From: Candidatus Methylomirabilota bacterium
Lineage (GTDB): Bacteria > Methylomirabilota > Methylomirabilia > Rokubacteriales > CSP1-6
Reading direction: 5' to 3'
Assembly: GCA_046726415.1 (NCBI GenBank)
Contig: JBKPAK010000103.1
Coordinates: forward strand, 15,597 to 79,596
Length of the DNA: 64,000 nt
The number at the start of each line of letters is the position of its first letter. Within the stretch, counting starts at the first letter, position 1. This document shows, piece after piece, positions 9,649 to 19,163 of this stretch. The position numbers and the translations under genes were made by a program. A model generated the notes under the pieces. It was given only the letters and a program-made list of their open reading frames with translations, made no database searches and was not told the DNA's origin.

Positions 9649-10397
9649 TACCAGTCTCCGCTCGCGCCGCCCCCGCCGAAACTGCCTCCCCCCGGCGAGA
9701 AGCGGGTGTCCTCGCGGTCATCATCACCTGCGCTCCGGCCCCAGCCACCGCCCCAGACGATGGGAGGGACCGCGACGGGCACACCCCACCCGCCGCGCGA
9801 GCGCGAATAGGTGTAGGCCGCCGGCCCGCGTCGGCGGGCGCCACGGAGAGCGCCGAGGACCATCACCGCGATGACGACGACCACGAAGAGCAGCGCGATC
9901 TGGGTGGGACCGACAGGGGCCGAGCCTGGACGAGCGCGCGCTGGCACCGGGGTGGCATCGATCCTCGCAAAGATCGCGTTGACGGCCGCCTCGAGACCCG
10001 CGGCGTACCGTCCCTCCCGGAATGCTGGCGCGATGCTGTCGCGAATGATCAGGCCGGCGACGGCGTCCGGAATGGCGCCCTCGAGGCCATAGCCGACCTC
10101 CAGCCGGACTTTCCTGTCCTTTGCAAACACCAGGATGATGACCCCGTTGTCGAGCCCCTTCTGCCCGACCCGCCAGCGATCGGCCAACCGGATGGAGAAG
10201 TCCTCGAGGTTCTCCCCGTCGAGCGACGGAAAGATCGCCACCGCGACCTGCGCCCCCGTGGCCCGTTCCCGGTCGCCGATCCGCGCCTCCAGGCGCTCCC
10301 GCTCAGCCGGGGCGAGAATCCCGGCGTAGTCGTTCACGCGAGCAGTGGGCGCGGGCGGGATGACGAGAGCGAGGGCGAGCAGTGCGGTGACGACCAG
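9648..10397 (-). CDS. TPM domain (YgcG-like) membrane protein; start uncertain (CTG 10397 or GTG 10337)
   Basis: VNDYAGIL, DNGVIILV, EVGYGLEG, C-terminal GGGSFGGGGASGDW; hydrophobic leader upstream of 10337. Confidence 0.85.
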   Translation of the reverse strand: MVVTALLALALVIPPAPTARVNDYAGILAPAERERLEARIGDRERATGAQVAVAIFPSLDGENLEDFSIRLADRWRVGQKGLDNGVIILVFAKDRKVRLEVGYGLEGAIPDAVAGLIIRDSIAPAFREGRYAAGLEAAVNAIFARIDATPVPARARPGSAPVGPTQIALLFVVVVIAVMVLGALRGARRRGPAAYTYSRSRGGWGVPVAVPPIVWGGGWGRSAGDDDREDTRFSPGGGSFGGGGASGDW

Positions 10398-10398
10398 A

Positions 10399-10983
10399 CT
10401 AGAACTTCACCTTCGGAGCCGTGGCCGCTTCGGGCGCCGCCTCGAAGAAGGCGCGCGGCTCGAATCCGGCCAGGCGGGCGACGAGATTGCCCGGGAACCT
10501 CCGGAGCTTCGTGTTGTACTCCCGCACGGCCTCGTTGAAACGGCGGCGCTCGACGACGATGCGGTTCTCCGTCCCCTCGAGCTGGGTCTGGAGGGCCAGG
10601 AAGTTCTGGTTGCTCTTGAGTTCCGGATAGCGCTCCACCGTCACCAGCAGGCGGCTCAGCGCGCCCGAGAGCTGGGTCTGCGCCGCCTCGAACCGCTCCA
10701 GCGCCTTTGGATCCTTGAGCGCTTCGGGCGTGAGCTGGATGCTGCTGGCGCTGGCCCGCGCCCGCGTGACCTCCTCCAGAACCGTTCGCTCCTGCGCAGC
10801 CGCGCCCTTCACCGTCTCCACCAGATTGGGGATGAGATCCGCGCGGCGCTGGTAGACGTTCTGGACTTGCGCCCACCGCTCGTTGACGATTTGCTCGATG
10901 GGGACGAGCTGGTTGTAGACGCTGACGCCCCAGATGCCGAGGCCTACGATCAGCACGACCAGCACCCCGGCCAGCAGCTTCAT
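10399..10983 (-). CDS. lemA: LemA family protein
   Basis: YQRRADLIPNLV, ERYPELKSNQNF, LEGTENRI. Confidence 0.95.
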   Translation of the reverse strand: MKLLAGVLVVLIVGLGIWGVSVYNQLVPIEQIVNERWAQVQNVYQRRADLIPNLVETVKGAAAQERTVLEEVTRARASASSIQLTPEALKDPKALERFEAAQTQLSGALSRLLVTVERYPELKSNQNFLALQTQLEGTENRIVVERRRFNEAVREYNTKLRRFPGNLVARLAGFEPRAFFEAAPEAATAPKVKF

Positions 10984-11077
10984 CAGCGGTCAGTATACGC
11001 GACACCCGGCGGCGCTCTGGCCACCACCACCGAACACGACCGCGCGGAGCAAGCTCACGCGAGGGACGGTCGGTCGG

Positions 11078-11106
11078 TTGACGTCAACGGTTGGGCGGCT
11101 TAGACT
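11078..11106 (+). promoter_or_regulatory. Sigma70-type promoter overlapping a 12-bp palindrome
   Basis: TTGACG(11078)-17 nt-TAGACT(11101), 7 nt before GTG 11114; GTTGACGTCAAC at 11077-11088. Confidence 0.7.
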
Positions 11107-11113
11107 TCGCGGC

Positions 11114-11941
11114 GTGCCGCTTCAAAGCCTGCCCGAATACCGCATCACGGCACGCAACACCTCCAAGCAGTCCGAGAACCTCATCCACGACGACGCGACG
11201 GCCCGCCGATATGGGTTTGGAGGCGGACTGGTTCCCGGCGTGACCGTGTACGCGTATCTTACCCATCCGCTGGTCGCCACGTTCGGGGCGGCGTGGCTCG
11301 AACGGGGGACGGCCGCGGTGCGCTTCGTCAAACCGATCTTCGAGGGAGACGAGGTGGTCGTGTCCGGCTCGGTGACCGAGCGCGACGCCACCGGCATCGC
11401 CGTCTCTGTCGCCGCACGGGGCGGGCGGGGGGAAGAGTGCGCCCTGATGTCGGCCACGATTCCCGCCGGCCTTCCAACCCCGGTGAACGTCGCGCCCTAT
11501 CGCGAGGCGCCTCTCCCCGTCCAGCGCCCGACCGCCACGCGCGAGTACTTCCTGGGCACGGCCACTCTCGGGACTCCCATGACGTCCTACGACGACGCGC
11601 GGGCCGCCGAGTACCTGGCCAAGGTGGATGATCCGCTCGCGCTCTACCGCGGCACCGGTGCCCCGGTGCATCCGGCGTTCTACCTCGACCAGTCCAATCG
11701 CGCTCTGAGCGGGAACGTGCGGCTCGGGCCGTGGATCCATGCGGCGAGCGCCGTGCGCCATCTCGGCTCGGCCCGCGTCGGCGACACCCTGCGAACGCTC
11801 GGCCTGGTCCGCTCGCTCTACGAGAAGAAGGGGCGTGAGTTCGTGGAGTTGGACCTCGTTATCGTCGCGGGCGAGCGCCGCCGCCCGATCGCTCACGTCC
11901 TGCACACCGCGATCTATCGGCTCCCCGAGCCCGCGCCGTGA
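11114..11941 (+). CDS. Double hot-dog fold (MaoC-like) protein
   Basis: SENLIHDD...YGFGGGLVPGV, RFVKPIFEGD, second repeat WIH...YEKKGREFVELD; GTGA overlap with CoA-transferase. Confidence 0.7.
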   Translation: MPLQSLPEYRITARNTSKQSENLIHDDATARRYGFGGGLVPGVTVYAYLTHPLVATFGAAWLERGTAAVRFVKPIFEGDEVVVSGSVTERDATGIAVSVAARGGRGEECALMSATIPAGLPTPVNVAPYREAPLPVQRPTATREYFLGTATLGTPMTSYDDARAAEYLAKVDDPLALYRGTGAPVHPAFYLDQSNRALSGNVRLGPWIHAASAVRHLGSARVGDTLRTLGLVRSLYEKKGREFVELDLVIVAGERRRPIAHVLHTAIYRLPEPAP

Positions 11942-13074
11942 CGCCGCTCGCCGGCGTTCGCGTCCTCGATTTCACGAGCTATATTGCCGGCTCCTACGCG
12001 GCCATGATGTTGGCCGACCTGGGAGCGGACGTCCTCAAGGTCGAGTCGCTCGAGGGCGACTCGTTTCGCGAGCTGCCCGGATTCTTCGGATGGAACCGGG
12101 GCAAGCGCTCTCTGGCGGTGGACCTCAAGACCCCGGAGGGACGTTCGATCGCAGAACGCCTGGCCGCCGAGAGCGATGTCGCCATGGAGAACATGCGTCC
12201 GGGCGTCGCCGATCGTCTGGGGGTGGGCGCCGATCGGCTCCGCGCGCTCAATCCCCGCCTCGTTTACTGCTCGGTGACCGCCTTCGGCTCGAGTGGCCCC
12301 TACCGCGACCGCCCGGGATTCGACCCGCTCCTCCAGGCTCTGGGCGGCGCCATGGCACTGCAAGGCGGCGATGGTCCACCTCAATTCCTCAGGATGGCGG
12401 TGACGGATTACTACACGGCCGCGCTAGCCGCGCAGGCAGTGCTGGCGGCTCTGGTGGCTCGGGGCCGGACCGGCGAGGGCCAGCATGTCAAGACGTCGCT
12501 CCTCCACGGGGTCCTCGCCCTGCAATCGGGCGATATCGTCGCGTACCCAGGGAAGCCGCCGCGCTTCCGCGAGACGCCGACCTACCGGCTCTACCAGGCC
12601 AGCGACGGCGAGTGGTTCTTCCTGGCGTGCGGAAACCAGTCTTTCTGGGCGAAGCTCTGCAAGGCGCTCAACCGCGAAGATCTCACCGATGATCCGCGTT
12701 TCGCATCCTGGCGCCTCCGCGGCGAGAACCGAGCCGCGCTGGCACCGCTGCTCGAGGAGACGTTCCGCAGCCGGCCGCGGCCGGAGTGGCTGGCCCTGCT
12801 CGCCTTGCACGACATTCCGGCGGCCCCGGTGCAGACCCTGGAAGAGTTTCTCCGCGATCCCGTGGTTCACCATCACGGCATGGTGCGGGAGTACGCGCAT
12901 CCCGAAGTCGGTCGCCTGCGCCTCATGGGTCAGCCGCTGGCCTTTTCCGACACACCCACCGCGGATCCGGGGCCACCGCCCACCCTTGGCCAACACACCG
13001 ACGACACGTTGAAAACGCTCGGCTACAGTCCCGACTCGATTGCCAATCTGAGGTCTCGAGCCATCGTGAGGTGA
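11938..13074 (+). CDS. CaiB/BaiF family III CoA-transferase
   Basis: PLAGVRVLDF, LADLGADVLKVE, NRGKRSL, ENMRPG, PPTLGQHT. Confidence 0.93.
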   Translation: MTPLAGVRVLDFTSYIAGSYAAMMLADLGADVLKVESLEGDSFRELPGFFGWNRGKRSLAVDLKTPEGRSIAERLAAESDVAMENMRPGVADRLGVGADRLRALNPRLVYCSVTAFGSSGPYRDRPGFDPLLQALGGAMALQGGDGPPQFLRMAVTDYYTAALAAQAVLAALVARGRTGEGQHVKTSLLHGVLALQSGDIVAYPGKPPRFRETPTYRLYQASDGEWFFLACGNQSFWAKLCKALNREDLTDDPRFASWRLRGENRAALAPLLEETFRSRPRPEWLALLALHDIPAAPVQTLEEFLRDPVVHHHGMVREYAHPEVGRLRLMGQPLAFSDTPTADPGPPPTLGQHTDDTLKTLGYSPDSIANLRSRAIVR

Positions 13075-13077
13075 GTG

Positions 13078-13869
13078 ATGTCTGAGCCGGCCTACGAGAC
13101 CATCCGCCACGACGCGGCCGACGGCGTGGCCACGATCACCCTCGACCGGCCCGCCGTGCTCAACGCCATGAACGACCCCATGCGGCGCGAGCTGACTCGC
13201 TGCTTCACCGAACTCGCCGGCGACGATGACGTGCGCGTAGTGGTGGTCACCGGCGCGGGTGATCGGGCCTTCTCGGCGGGCGCCGACATCCGCGAATTCG
13301 TAGAACCGCCGGTGCCGGTGCGCCTCCGGGAGCAGCGCCGACGGCAGGACTTCCGCCAGGTCATGGACCAATGTCCACAACCTATCATCGCGGCGATCCG
13401 CGGCTATGCCCTGGGGGGTGGACTCGAGCTGGCCCTGGCCTGCGACATCCGCATCGCGGGCGAGGACGCTCAGCTCGGCCTCACTGAGATCAACCTGGCT
13501 ATCATCCCCGGCGGGGGCGGCACTCAGCGTCTGCCGCGGGTGGTGGGGCGGGGCAAGGCCCTCGAGATGATTCTCAGCGGCGCGCGGCTGCCCGCCTCCG
13601 AGGCGCTGCGCCTTGGACTCGTGGAGCGCGTGGTCCCGCCCACCGAGGTGCTCGCGACGGCGCTGGACCTCGCGCGGACCCTCGCCGCCAAGGCTCCTGT
13701 GGCATTGCGCTACGCCAAGGAAGCCGTTGTGAAGGGACTGGAGCTGCCCCTGGCGGAAGGTTTGCGCCTCGAGGGAGATCTGTCCACTCTGCTGCGCACG
13801 ACGGAGGATCGCCTGGAAGGTGCCCGGGCCTTCCTCGAGAAGCGGACGCCGCGCTGGCAGGGTCGATGA
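13078..13869 (+). CDS. Enoyl-CoA hydratase/isomerase
   Basis: AFSAGADI, GYALGGGLELALACD, PGGGGTQRLPR. Confidence 0.93.
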   Translation: MSEPAYETIRHDAADGVATITLDRPAVLNAMNDPMRRELTRCFTELAGDDDVRVVVVTGAGDRAFSAGADIREFVEPPVPVRLREQRRRQDFRQVMDQCPQPIIAAIRGYALGGGLELALACDIRIAGEDAQLGLTEINLAIIPGGGGTQRLPRVVGRGKALEMILSGARLPASEALRLGLVERVVPPTEVLATALDLARTLAAKAPVALRYAKEAVVKGLELPLAEGLRLEGDLSTLLRTTEDRLEGARAFLEKRTPRWQGR

Positions 13870-13876
13870 TGCATTC

Positions 13877-14869
13877 ATGCCGTTCGCGTACTACACACGG
13901 CTGAGCCCATCCCAGCAGGCTGTCTACCGGCGAAGCGACGGCATCGCCGAAGTTCGGCTCCATCATCCCGCATCGCTCCACCCCCTCGTCGCGGCACTCG
14001 AAACGGCGCTGACCGCGGAGGATCGCGCGGCCACTCAGGCGGCGGCCATCCGGCTCATCGGGGGCCTCACCGACGCCTTGGCGGCGCCGCCCGTGCGGGT
14101 GGATGTGCTGGCCGCGCGTCCACACGCGGGCTGGGGGGAGCTGCACGGTCTGTACACTGCCGAGCAGGGACGGAGGCCACACATCCAGCTCTGGATGCGC
14201 ACGGCGAAGCAGAAGCGCGTGGTGGCGTTCCGGACGTTTCTCCGCACGCTGCTGCACGAGGTTGGCCACCACATCGACTACACGCTGCTTCACCTCCCGG
14301 AGTCCTATCACACGGAGGGCTTCTACAAGCGGGAATCGAGCCTCTTTTACCAGCTCGTTCCCAGAAAGGACCCAGCCATGCCGACGATGGAAGAGTACGC
14401 CGCGCAGCCGCTCGCCGCCCGGCTGACCCGTCTCGGGCGCACGCCGGACGAGCTCGAGGCCGCTATCAAGGGGCAGAGCGAGACCGCGCTTTCTCGACGA
14501 CCCGATGCGAAGAACTGGGCAGCCAAGGAGATCGTCTGTCACCTGCGCGACACGGAGGAGCTGTTCAAGCAACGCTTCGATCAGATCGTCTTGATGGCCG
14601 AACCGAAGCTCATGGGGCCGGAGCCCGACCGCTGGGCCGAGGAGCGCCAATACCTGCGCAACGACGCGGCGCAAGCCGCCGCGGCGTTCCGGGCGCGCCG
14701 GCGCGACTCGCTGGAAACGCTTCGCAAGCTCAGTCCCGGGGAGCTTCAGCGGGCCGGTCTCTCGCCGACCCGCGGGCCCATCACCATCGACCAGTTCGTG
14801 ACGTTGATGGCCTGGCACGACGACAACCATCTGGATCAGCTTCGGCGCGCCTTGGAGGGTCGTGCGTGA
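13877..14869 (+). CDS. HExxH (zincin-like) domain fused to DinB family domain
   Basis: N-half LLHEVGHHID; C-half WAAKEIVCHLRD...WHDDNH (DinB His triad); internal SD+ATG at 14378. Confidence 0.75.
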   Translation: MPFAYYTRLSPSQQAVYRRSDGIAEVRLHHPASLHPLVAALETALTAEDRAATQAAAIRLIGGLTDALAAPPVRVDVLAARPHAGWGELHGLYTAEQGRRPHIQLWMRTAKQKRVVAFRTFLRTLLHEVGHHIDYTLLHLPESYHTEGFYKRESSLFYQLVPRKDPAMPTMEEYAAQPLAARLTRLGRTPDELEAAIKGQSETALSRRPDAKNWAAKEIVCHLRDTEELFKQRFDQIVLMAEPKLMGPEPDRWAEERQYLRNDAAQAAAAFRARRRDSLETLRKLSPGELQRAGLSPTRGPITIDQFVTLMAWHDDNHLDQLRRALEGRA

Positions 14870-14953
14870 CTAGCTCGGCTCTCCACCGGCTGGGCACCCC
14901 TGGCTGCCCTGCCGCGGTCCCGCGATGTTTCTAACGGAGGGCGGGGGCGCATC

Positions 14954-15220
14954 TCACCGGGTGGTGATACCGCTGGGGCCGCTAGGACGCGCAGGTTCCG
15001 GCGGCTTTTCGACCTTCCCGCCGGGACTGACGGCGACCCAGCCCCTGCTTCGCATGCACGCCTCATCGAGCGCCGCGCCCTTGCTGCAGGAGGCGTAATC
15101 CCGGCGGAACTCCGCCACGGTAAAGCTTTCGTCGACCTTCATCCACTCCCTCTCTTGGGAGGCGCACGCACCGAGGCCGAGCGCGACACAGAAGGCGGTC
15201 AGCATCATCAAGGTTCGCAT
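14954..15220 (-). CDS. Small hypothetical lipoprotein
   Basis: MRTLMMLTAFCVALGLGAC lipobox; C...ACMRSRGW motif; TACAAT 6 nt upstream of ATG. Confidence 0.7.
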   Translation of the reverse strand: MRTLMMLTAFCVALGLGACASQEREWMKVDESFTVAEFRRDYASCSKGAALDEACMRSRGWVAVSPGGKVEKPPEPARPSGPSGITTR

Positions 15221-15263
15221 GCGGAGATTGTACGGCGGTCGGTGGGAAGCCCCAAGCTCTTCG

Positions 15264-16247
15264 TCACACGGCGAAGAGCACGTAGCCCACGCCGCCGCGC
15301 TCCAGCCACACGCGGCAGAACTCATCGCGGCGGTACCGGCGTCGCACCTCGCCGGACGACTCGGCCGCGGGATCATTGACGAGGACCTCGCGGCCCTCTT
15401 CGCCGGTGAGCACCACGAGGTGACCATCGGTCCGGCGGATGGCCGAACCCTCCAGTTCGCCCGTCCCGTAGCGGATCGAGGCGATCACGGGCCGTCCTTC
15501 GGCAAGGCACCACGCCGCCGAGGCCCAGTCGGGGAAGCGGAGAAGATATCCGCCGAGCCCTCGGCGGGCCGCCGCCTGAATGGCCGCCGGCCAGACGCCA
15601 TAGCGGTCGAGTCCCCCGTGGAAGACCTCGGTGGCCAGGTCCGCGACGGCCGCCGGGCGCCGCCAATATTCCAACACCATGGCCACGCAGGTCGGCGAGC
15701 AGATTCGATCGCGAATGCCGGGCGCCTCGTCCATTTGGCTGCGCAGGGGCACGCACAGTCTCGATGCCTGCGCCGGCTCCCTCTCCCCGATCGCGGACGG
15801 AGCCAGATCGCTCGCGGACAGCGCGAACATCGACGAACGCGAGAGCGCATCAACCGGGTGTACCCGCACCCGGAGGCGCACGCTCTCCACGGGCTCGGGG
15901 GCGTTGTACATATCGATGTCCACCTGCAGGGCCGGATCCGACGCGAGCGCTTCCGGGAAGATGGGTGGGCCGATCGTCGTGGTCGCCACCCAAGGTGTCC
16001 ACCGCCTTCCCGTCAGGGCCGACAGCTCGAAGCGAAAGCTGCAAGGTGAAGCGCCGAGCAGGCTACAGGATGGGACCAGATGCCGAGAACCTCGCCGCGG
16101 TGTCCAGGTCGGAGCCTCCAGCACGGCGGTCTCTCCATCGACGGTGACCCGAGCCAAATCCACGGCCCGGCGACACTTCGGTGGAATCGCGCTGGCGACC
16201 ATCTGCACGTTCACGTTCGCGACAGCTGCGAAAAGGTCGGTGAGCAC
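15264..16247 (-). CDS. C39-like (papain-fold) peptidase; start uncertain
   Basis: VPLRSQM...ICSPTCVAMVL, YGVWP, GHLVVLTG, VNDPA. Confidence 0.8.
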   Translation of the reverse strand: MLTDLFAAVANVNVQMVASAIPPKCRRAVDLARVTVDGETAVLEAPTWTPRRGSRHLVPSCSLLGASPCSFRFELSALTGRRWTPWVATTTIGPPIFPEALASDPALQVDIDMYNAPEPVESVRLRVRVHPVDALSRSSMFALSASDLAPSAIGEREPAQASRLCVPLRSQMDEAPGIRDRICSPTCVAMVLEYWRRPAAVADLATEVFHGGLDRYGVWPAAIQAAARRGLGGYLLRFPDWASAAWCLAEGRPVIASIRYGTGELEGSAIRRTDGHLVVLTGEEGREVLVNDPAAESSGEVRRRYRRDEFCRVWLERGGVGYVLFAV

Positions 16248-16279
16248 TGCCGATCTCGGAGAGAAGGTTTTGCGGGGGG

Positions 16280-16500
16280 GTGGGCGAGCAACACTCGCCC
16301 ACTGCATCCCCCTGTTCTGGTTTCGCAGCGTGTCACTGCGCCGCCCGGCATGCGCCGGACGATTTGCGTTCCTCGCTGGGCGCCGCCTGGAGCCGCTAGC
16401 CTGCTCCCCGCGACGCGGCCTCCGAGCCCGGTGGCGTCTGTTCCATCTGACACCTCCTGGTTAGGCCTACCGACGACGGGCATTCCGCATCCGCCGTCAG
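16280..16500 (-). ncRNA. Candidate structured RNA / leader containing a 16-aa sORF (16396-16446)
   Basis: Promoter TTGACT-17-TAGAAG immediately upstream; long imperfect rod enclosing AGGAGGT; several hairpins including a 9-bp stem at 16280-16302. Not matched to any family I recognise. Confidence 0.35.
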
Positions 16501-16504
16501 TCCC

Positions 16505-16533
16505 CTTCTACGCCCGCCCATGTGCCGAGTCAA
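16505..16533 (-). promoter_or_regulatory. Sigma70-type promoter
   Basis: Minus strand TTGACT(16533-16528)-17 nt-TAGAAG(16510-16505). Confidence 0.55.
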
Positions 16534-16609
16534 GCGCGATATGCGATCCCCGCGGCGAGGCGCAGTCGCACGAACACGCCATCTCGCGGATCACTCCCGA
16601 CGGCGCGGG

Positions 16610-17623
16610 TCAGCGACCGGCCGACCCACTGGTGATCAGCACGGCCGACCCGGCGAACGCGCCGCGCTTGAGGCCATCGAGCGCGGTATGGGCATCGTCG
16701 AGGGAAAAGGTGGTCGTGGTGAGGCGGACGGGAATGCGGGCGGCCTCCTCCAGCAACGCGTCGCCGTCGGCGCGCGTGTTCGACGTCACCGTGCGGATCG
16801 TCCGCTCGAAGAACAGGTCGCGGTACTCGAGCGGGGGAACGGCGGACATGTAGATCCCGGCCAGGGACAGCGTGCCGCCCTTCTTCAGATTGCGAAGGGC
16901 CACCGGCACGAGTTCGCCAACCGGAGCGAAGATGATGATGCCGTCAGGCGAAACTGGCATGCGATCGACGAGCTCACCCGTCCAGACCGCCCCGAGACGC
17001 CGGGCCAGGTCGCGATGTGACGGCTCGCGCGTGCAGACGTAGACCTCGCAACCACGCGCTTGCGCCACCTGGACGGTGACGTGCGCCGACGATCCAAAGC
17101 CGTAGATTCCGAGGCGCCCTCCTGGCGGCACCGCGGCGAGGGTGAGCGCTCGGTAGCCGATGATGCCCGCGCAGAGGAGCGGCGCCGCCGCGACGTCGTC
17201 GAAGACGGGGGGGATGGCGTAGGCGAACTGCTCGGGCACGGTGGCATACTCCGCGTAGCCCCCATCGTCGGTGTAGCCGGTGTAGGCCGAGCGCTCGCAG
17301 AGATTCTCGCGGCCGATCTGACAGAATTCGCACGCGCCGCACGTCCGTCGGAGCCAGGCGATCCCCACGCGGTCGCCAGAGCGGAAGCGCGCGACGTGCG
17401 CCCCCACACGTTCCACATAGCCGACAACCTGGTGGCCGGGAATCACCGGCGCACGCGGGAGAGGGAGCTCGCCCTCGATGATGTGCAGATCGGTTCGGCA
17501 GATGCCGCACGCCACCACCCGGACGAGGAGCTCGTCGGCCGCCGGGGTGGGGACGTCGACCTGCTCCGCCATCAGAGGATACTCACCGATCGGCCGCGGC
17601 GCCCGCAGCACCATGGCGCGCAC
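16610..17623 (-). CDS. Zinc-dependent alcohol dehydrogenase
   Basis: CGICRTDLH, PGHQVVG, CGACEFCQIGRENLC, PLLCAG. Confidence 0.93.
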   Translation of the reverse strand: MRAMVLRAPRPIGEYPLMAEQVDVPTPAADELLVRVVACGICRTDLHIIEGELPLPRAPVIPGHQVVGYVERVGAHVARFRSGDRVGIAWLRRTCGACEFCQIGRENLCERSAYTGYTDDGGYAEYATVPEQFAYAIPPVFDDVAAAPLLCAGIIGYRALTLAAVPPGGRLGIYGFGSSAHVTVQVAQARGCEVYVCTREPSHRDLARRLGAVWTGELVDRMPVSPDGIIIFAPVGELVPVALRNLKKGGTLSLAGIYMSAVPPLEYRDLFFERTIRTVTSNTRADGDALLEEAARIPVRLTTTTFSLDDAHTALDGLKRGAFAGSAVLITSGSAGR

Positions 17624-17629
17624 GCCACG

Positions 17630-18562
17630 CTACTCGCCGGCCCGGGCGAGAATCTTCTGCGCCCGCGTGAGATGCGGAGCGTCGACCATCATTCCCCTGA
17701 ATCGGAAGGCGTAGATACCCTGACGGGCGTGCTCCGCGAAGGCCTGCACCAACGCCCGGGCCTCCGCGATCTCGTCGGCCGCCGGGGTGAAGACCTCATT
17801 GATCACGGGAAGCTGGCTCGGGTGAATGGAGATCTTCCCCACGAAGCCCATGGCCACGCCTTCCTCGCACTCACGGCGGAGGCCATCGAGATCGGCGATC
17901 TCCGTGTACACGGTGTCGATGGCCTGAACCCCGGCGGCCGCCGCCGTCACCGCGCACATCACGCGCGCGTAGCGCGGAACGTCGAGGAAGCGCCCCTGGG
18001 CGTCGCGGACGCGCCCCAGCGCCATGGCCGCGCCGAGATCCTCCACGCCCCAGCCGATGGCGACGATCCGCGAGCTGGCCGCCGTCGTGTCCCGGATGTT
18101 GAGGAGTCCCTCCGGTGTTTCGGTGGCGATCAGGAGGAGCTTAGTGCTGCCGTTGGGGATGCCGTGCTGATGCTCGAGGCGGTCCAGCAGGTGCGCGATC
18201 TCGCGAACGTCGGCTGCGCGGTTCGGCTTGGGGACGACGTAGCCGTCGGGACGGGCCTTGATCGTCTCCTCCAGGTCGCCCCGACCGAGGCCGGTCCCCA
18301 ACGGATTCATGCGCACCCATCGCTCCCGGCCACCGAAACTCAGCTCCCCGAGCCACCGGGCCACGATGGGGCGTGTCGCCACCTTGCGGTCGGGTGGAAC
18401 GGCATCCTCCAGGTCGAGGATCAGACCGTCCGCGGGAAGGGTGACGGCCTTGTCGATCATCTTCTCGTTGCCGCCCGGCACGAAGTGGACCGACCGGCGG
18501 CGCCGGTTGCTCGCGTCCGGCGCTTCGCTGCTGCGCGCGAGGCCGGGCCCCGGAGGGGTCAT
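17630..18562 (-). CDS. CitE/HpcH-HpaI family CoA ester lyase
   Basis: [43 protein letters not shown] overlap with MaoC gene. Confidence 0.9.
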   Translation of the reverse strand: MTPPGPGLARSSEAPDASNRRRRSVHFVPGGNEKMIDKAVTLPADGLILDLEDAVPPDRKVATRPIVARWLGELSFGGRERWVRMNPLGTGLGRGDLEETIKARPDGYVVPKPNRAADVREIAHLLDRLEHQHGIPNGSTKLLLIATETPEGLLNIRDTTAASSRIVAIGWGVEDLGAAMALGRVRDAQGRFLDVPRYARVMCAVTAAAAGVQAIDTVYTEIADLDGLRRECEEGVAMGFVGKISIHPSQLPVINEVFTPAADEIAEARALVQAFAEHARQGIYAFRFRGMMVDAPHLTRAQKILARAGE

Positions 18563-19011
18563 GGCGGGCGCTTCCGCATCATGGCCTGCCGCCGCGTCCG
18601 CATGACGATGTCGCCGTGCTGGTTGCGGGCGATGTGCTCGAAGGTGACAATGCCCCACTGCGGACGCGACTTCGACTCGCGCTTGTCGACGATGCTCGTC
18701 TCCGCATAGATGGTGTCGCCGTGGAAGACGGGCTTGGGGAACTCCACCTTCTCGAAGCCGAGATTGCCGACCGTCGTGCCCAAGGTCGTCTCGCCGACCG
18801 ACAGGCCCACCGCAACGCCGAGGGTGAGCAGGCTATTGACGAGGGGCTTGCCGAACTCCGCCTTCGCGGCAGCGTGAAAGTCCAGGTGGAGCGGCTGGGG
18901 GTTCATGGTCATGGTGGTGAAGAAGACGTTGTCGGCCTCGGTGATCGTCCGGCCCGGCTGGTGCGCGAAGCGCTGCCCCACCTCCAGCTCCTCGTAGTAC
19001 TTGCCCGCCAT
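18559..19011 (-). CDS. MaoC family dehydratase
   Basis: [33 protein letters not shown] before MAGKYYEE. Confidence 0.92.
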   Translation of the reverse strand: MAGKYYEELEVGQRFAHQPGRTITEADNVFFTTMTMNPQPLHLDFHAAAKAEFGKPLVNSLLTLGVAVGLSVGETTLGTTVGNLGFEKVEFPKPVFHGDTIYAETSIVDKRESKSRPQWGIVTFEHIARNQHGDIVMRTRRQAMMRKRPP

Positions 19012-19163
19012 CCAGATCCTCCCACCAGGCGAGCGCAGTTCCGCGTACCAATCGCTCGCCACCCGCGGTTCATGCCCGGTACGGGGTTCGTTCGTCGCCG
19101 CGCTTAGCCTACCGCCGCGGTGCCGAGGCGGACAAGGGCCGCTCCCGTGTAGAATGACGGGCC

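Noticed and set aside
16340-16385. c-di-GMP-I riboswitch (GGAACGCAAA...CCGG on the minus strand)
   Set aside because: Upstream GGCAAA/GAAA elements and the CUAA receptor are missing.
16396-16446. RiPP precursor for the adjacent C39 peptidase
   Set aside because: The peptide stops right after GAG with no core, and there are no modifying enzymes or transporter nearby.
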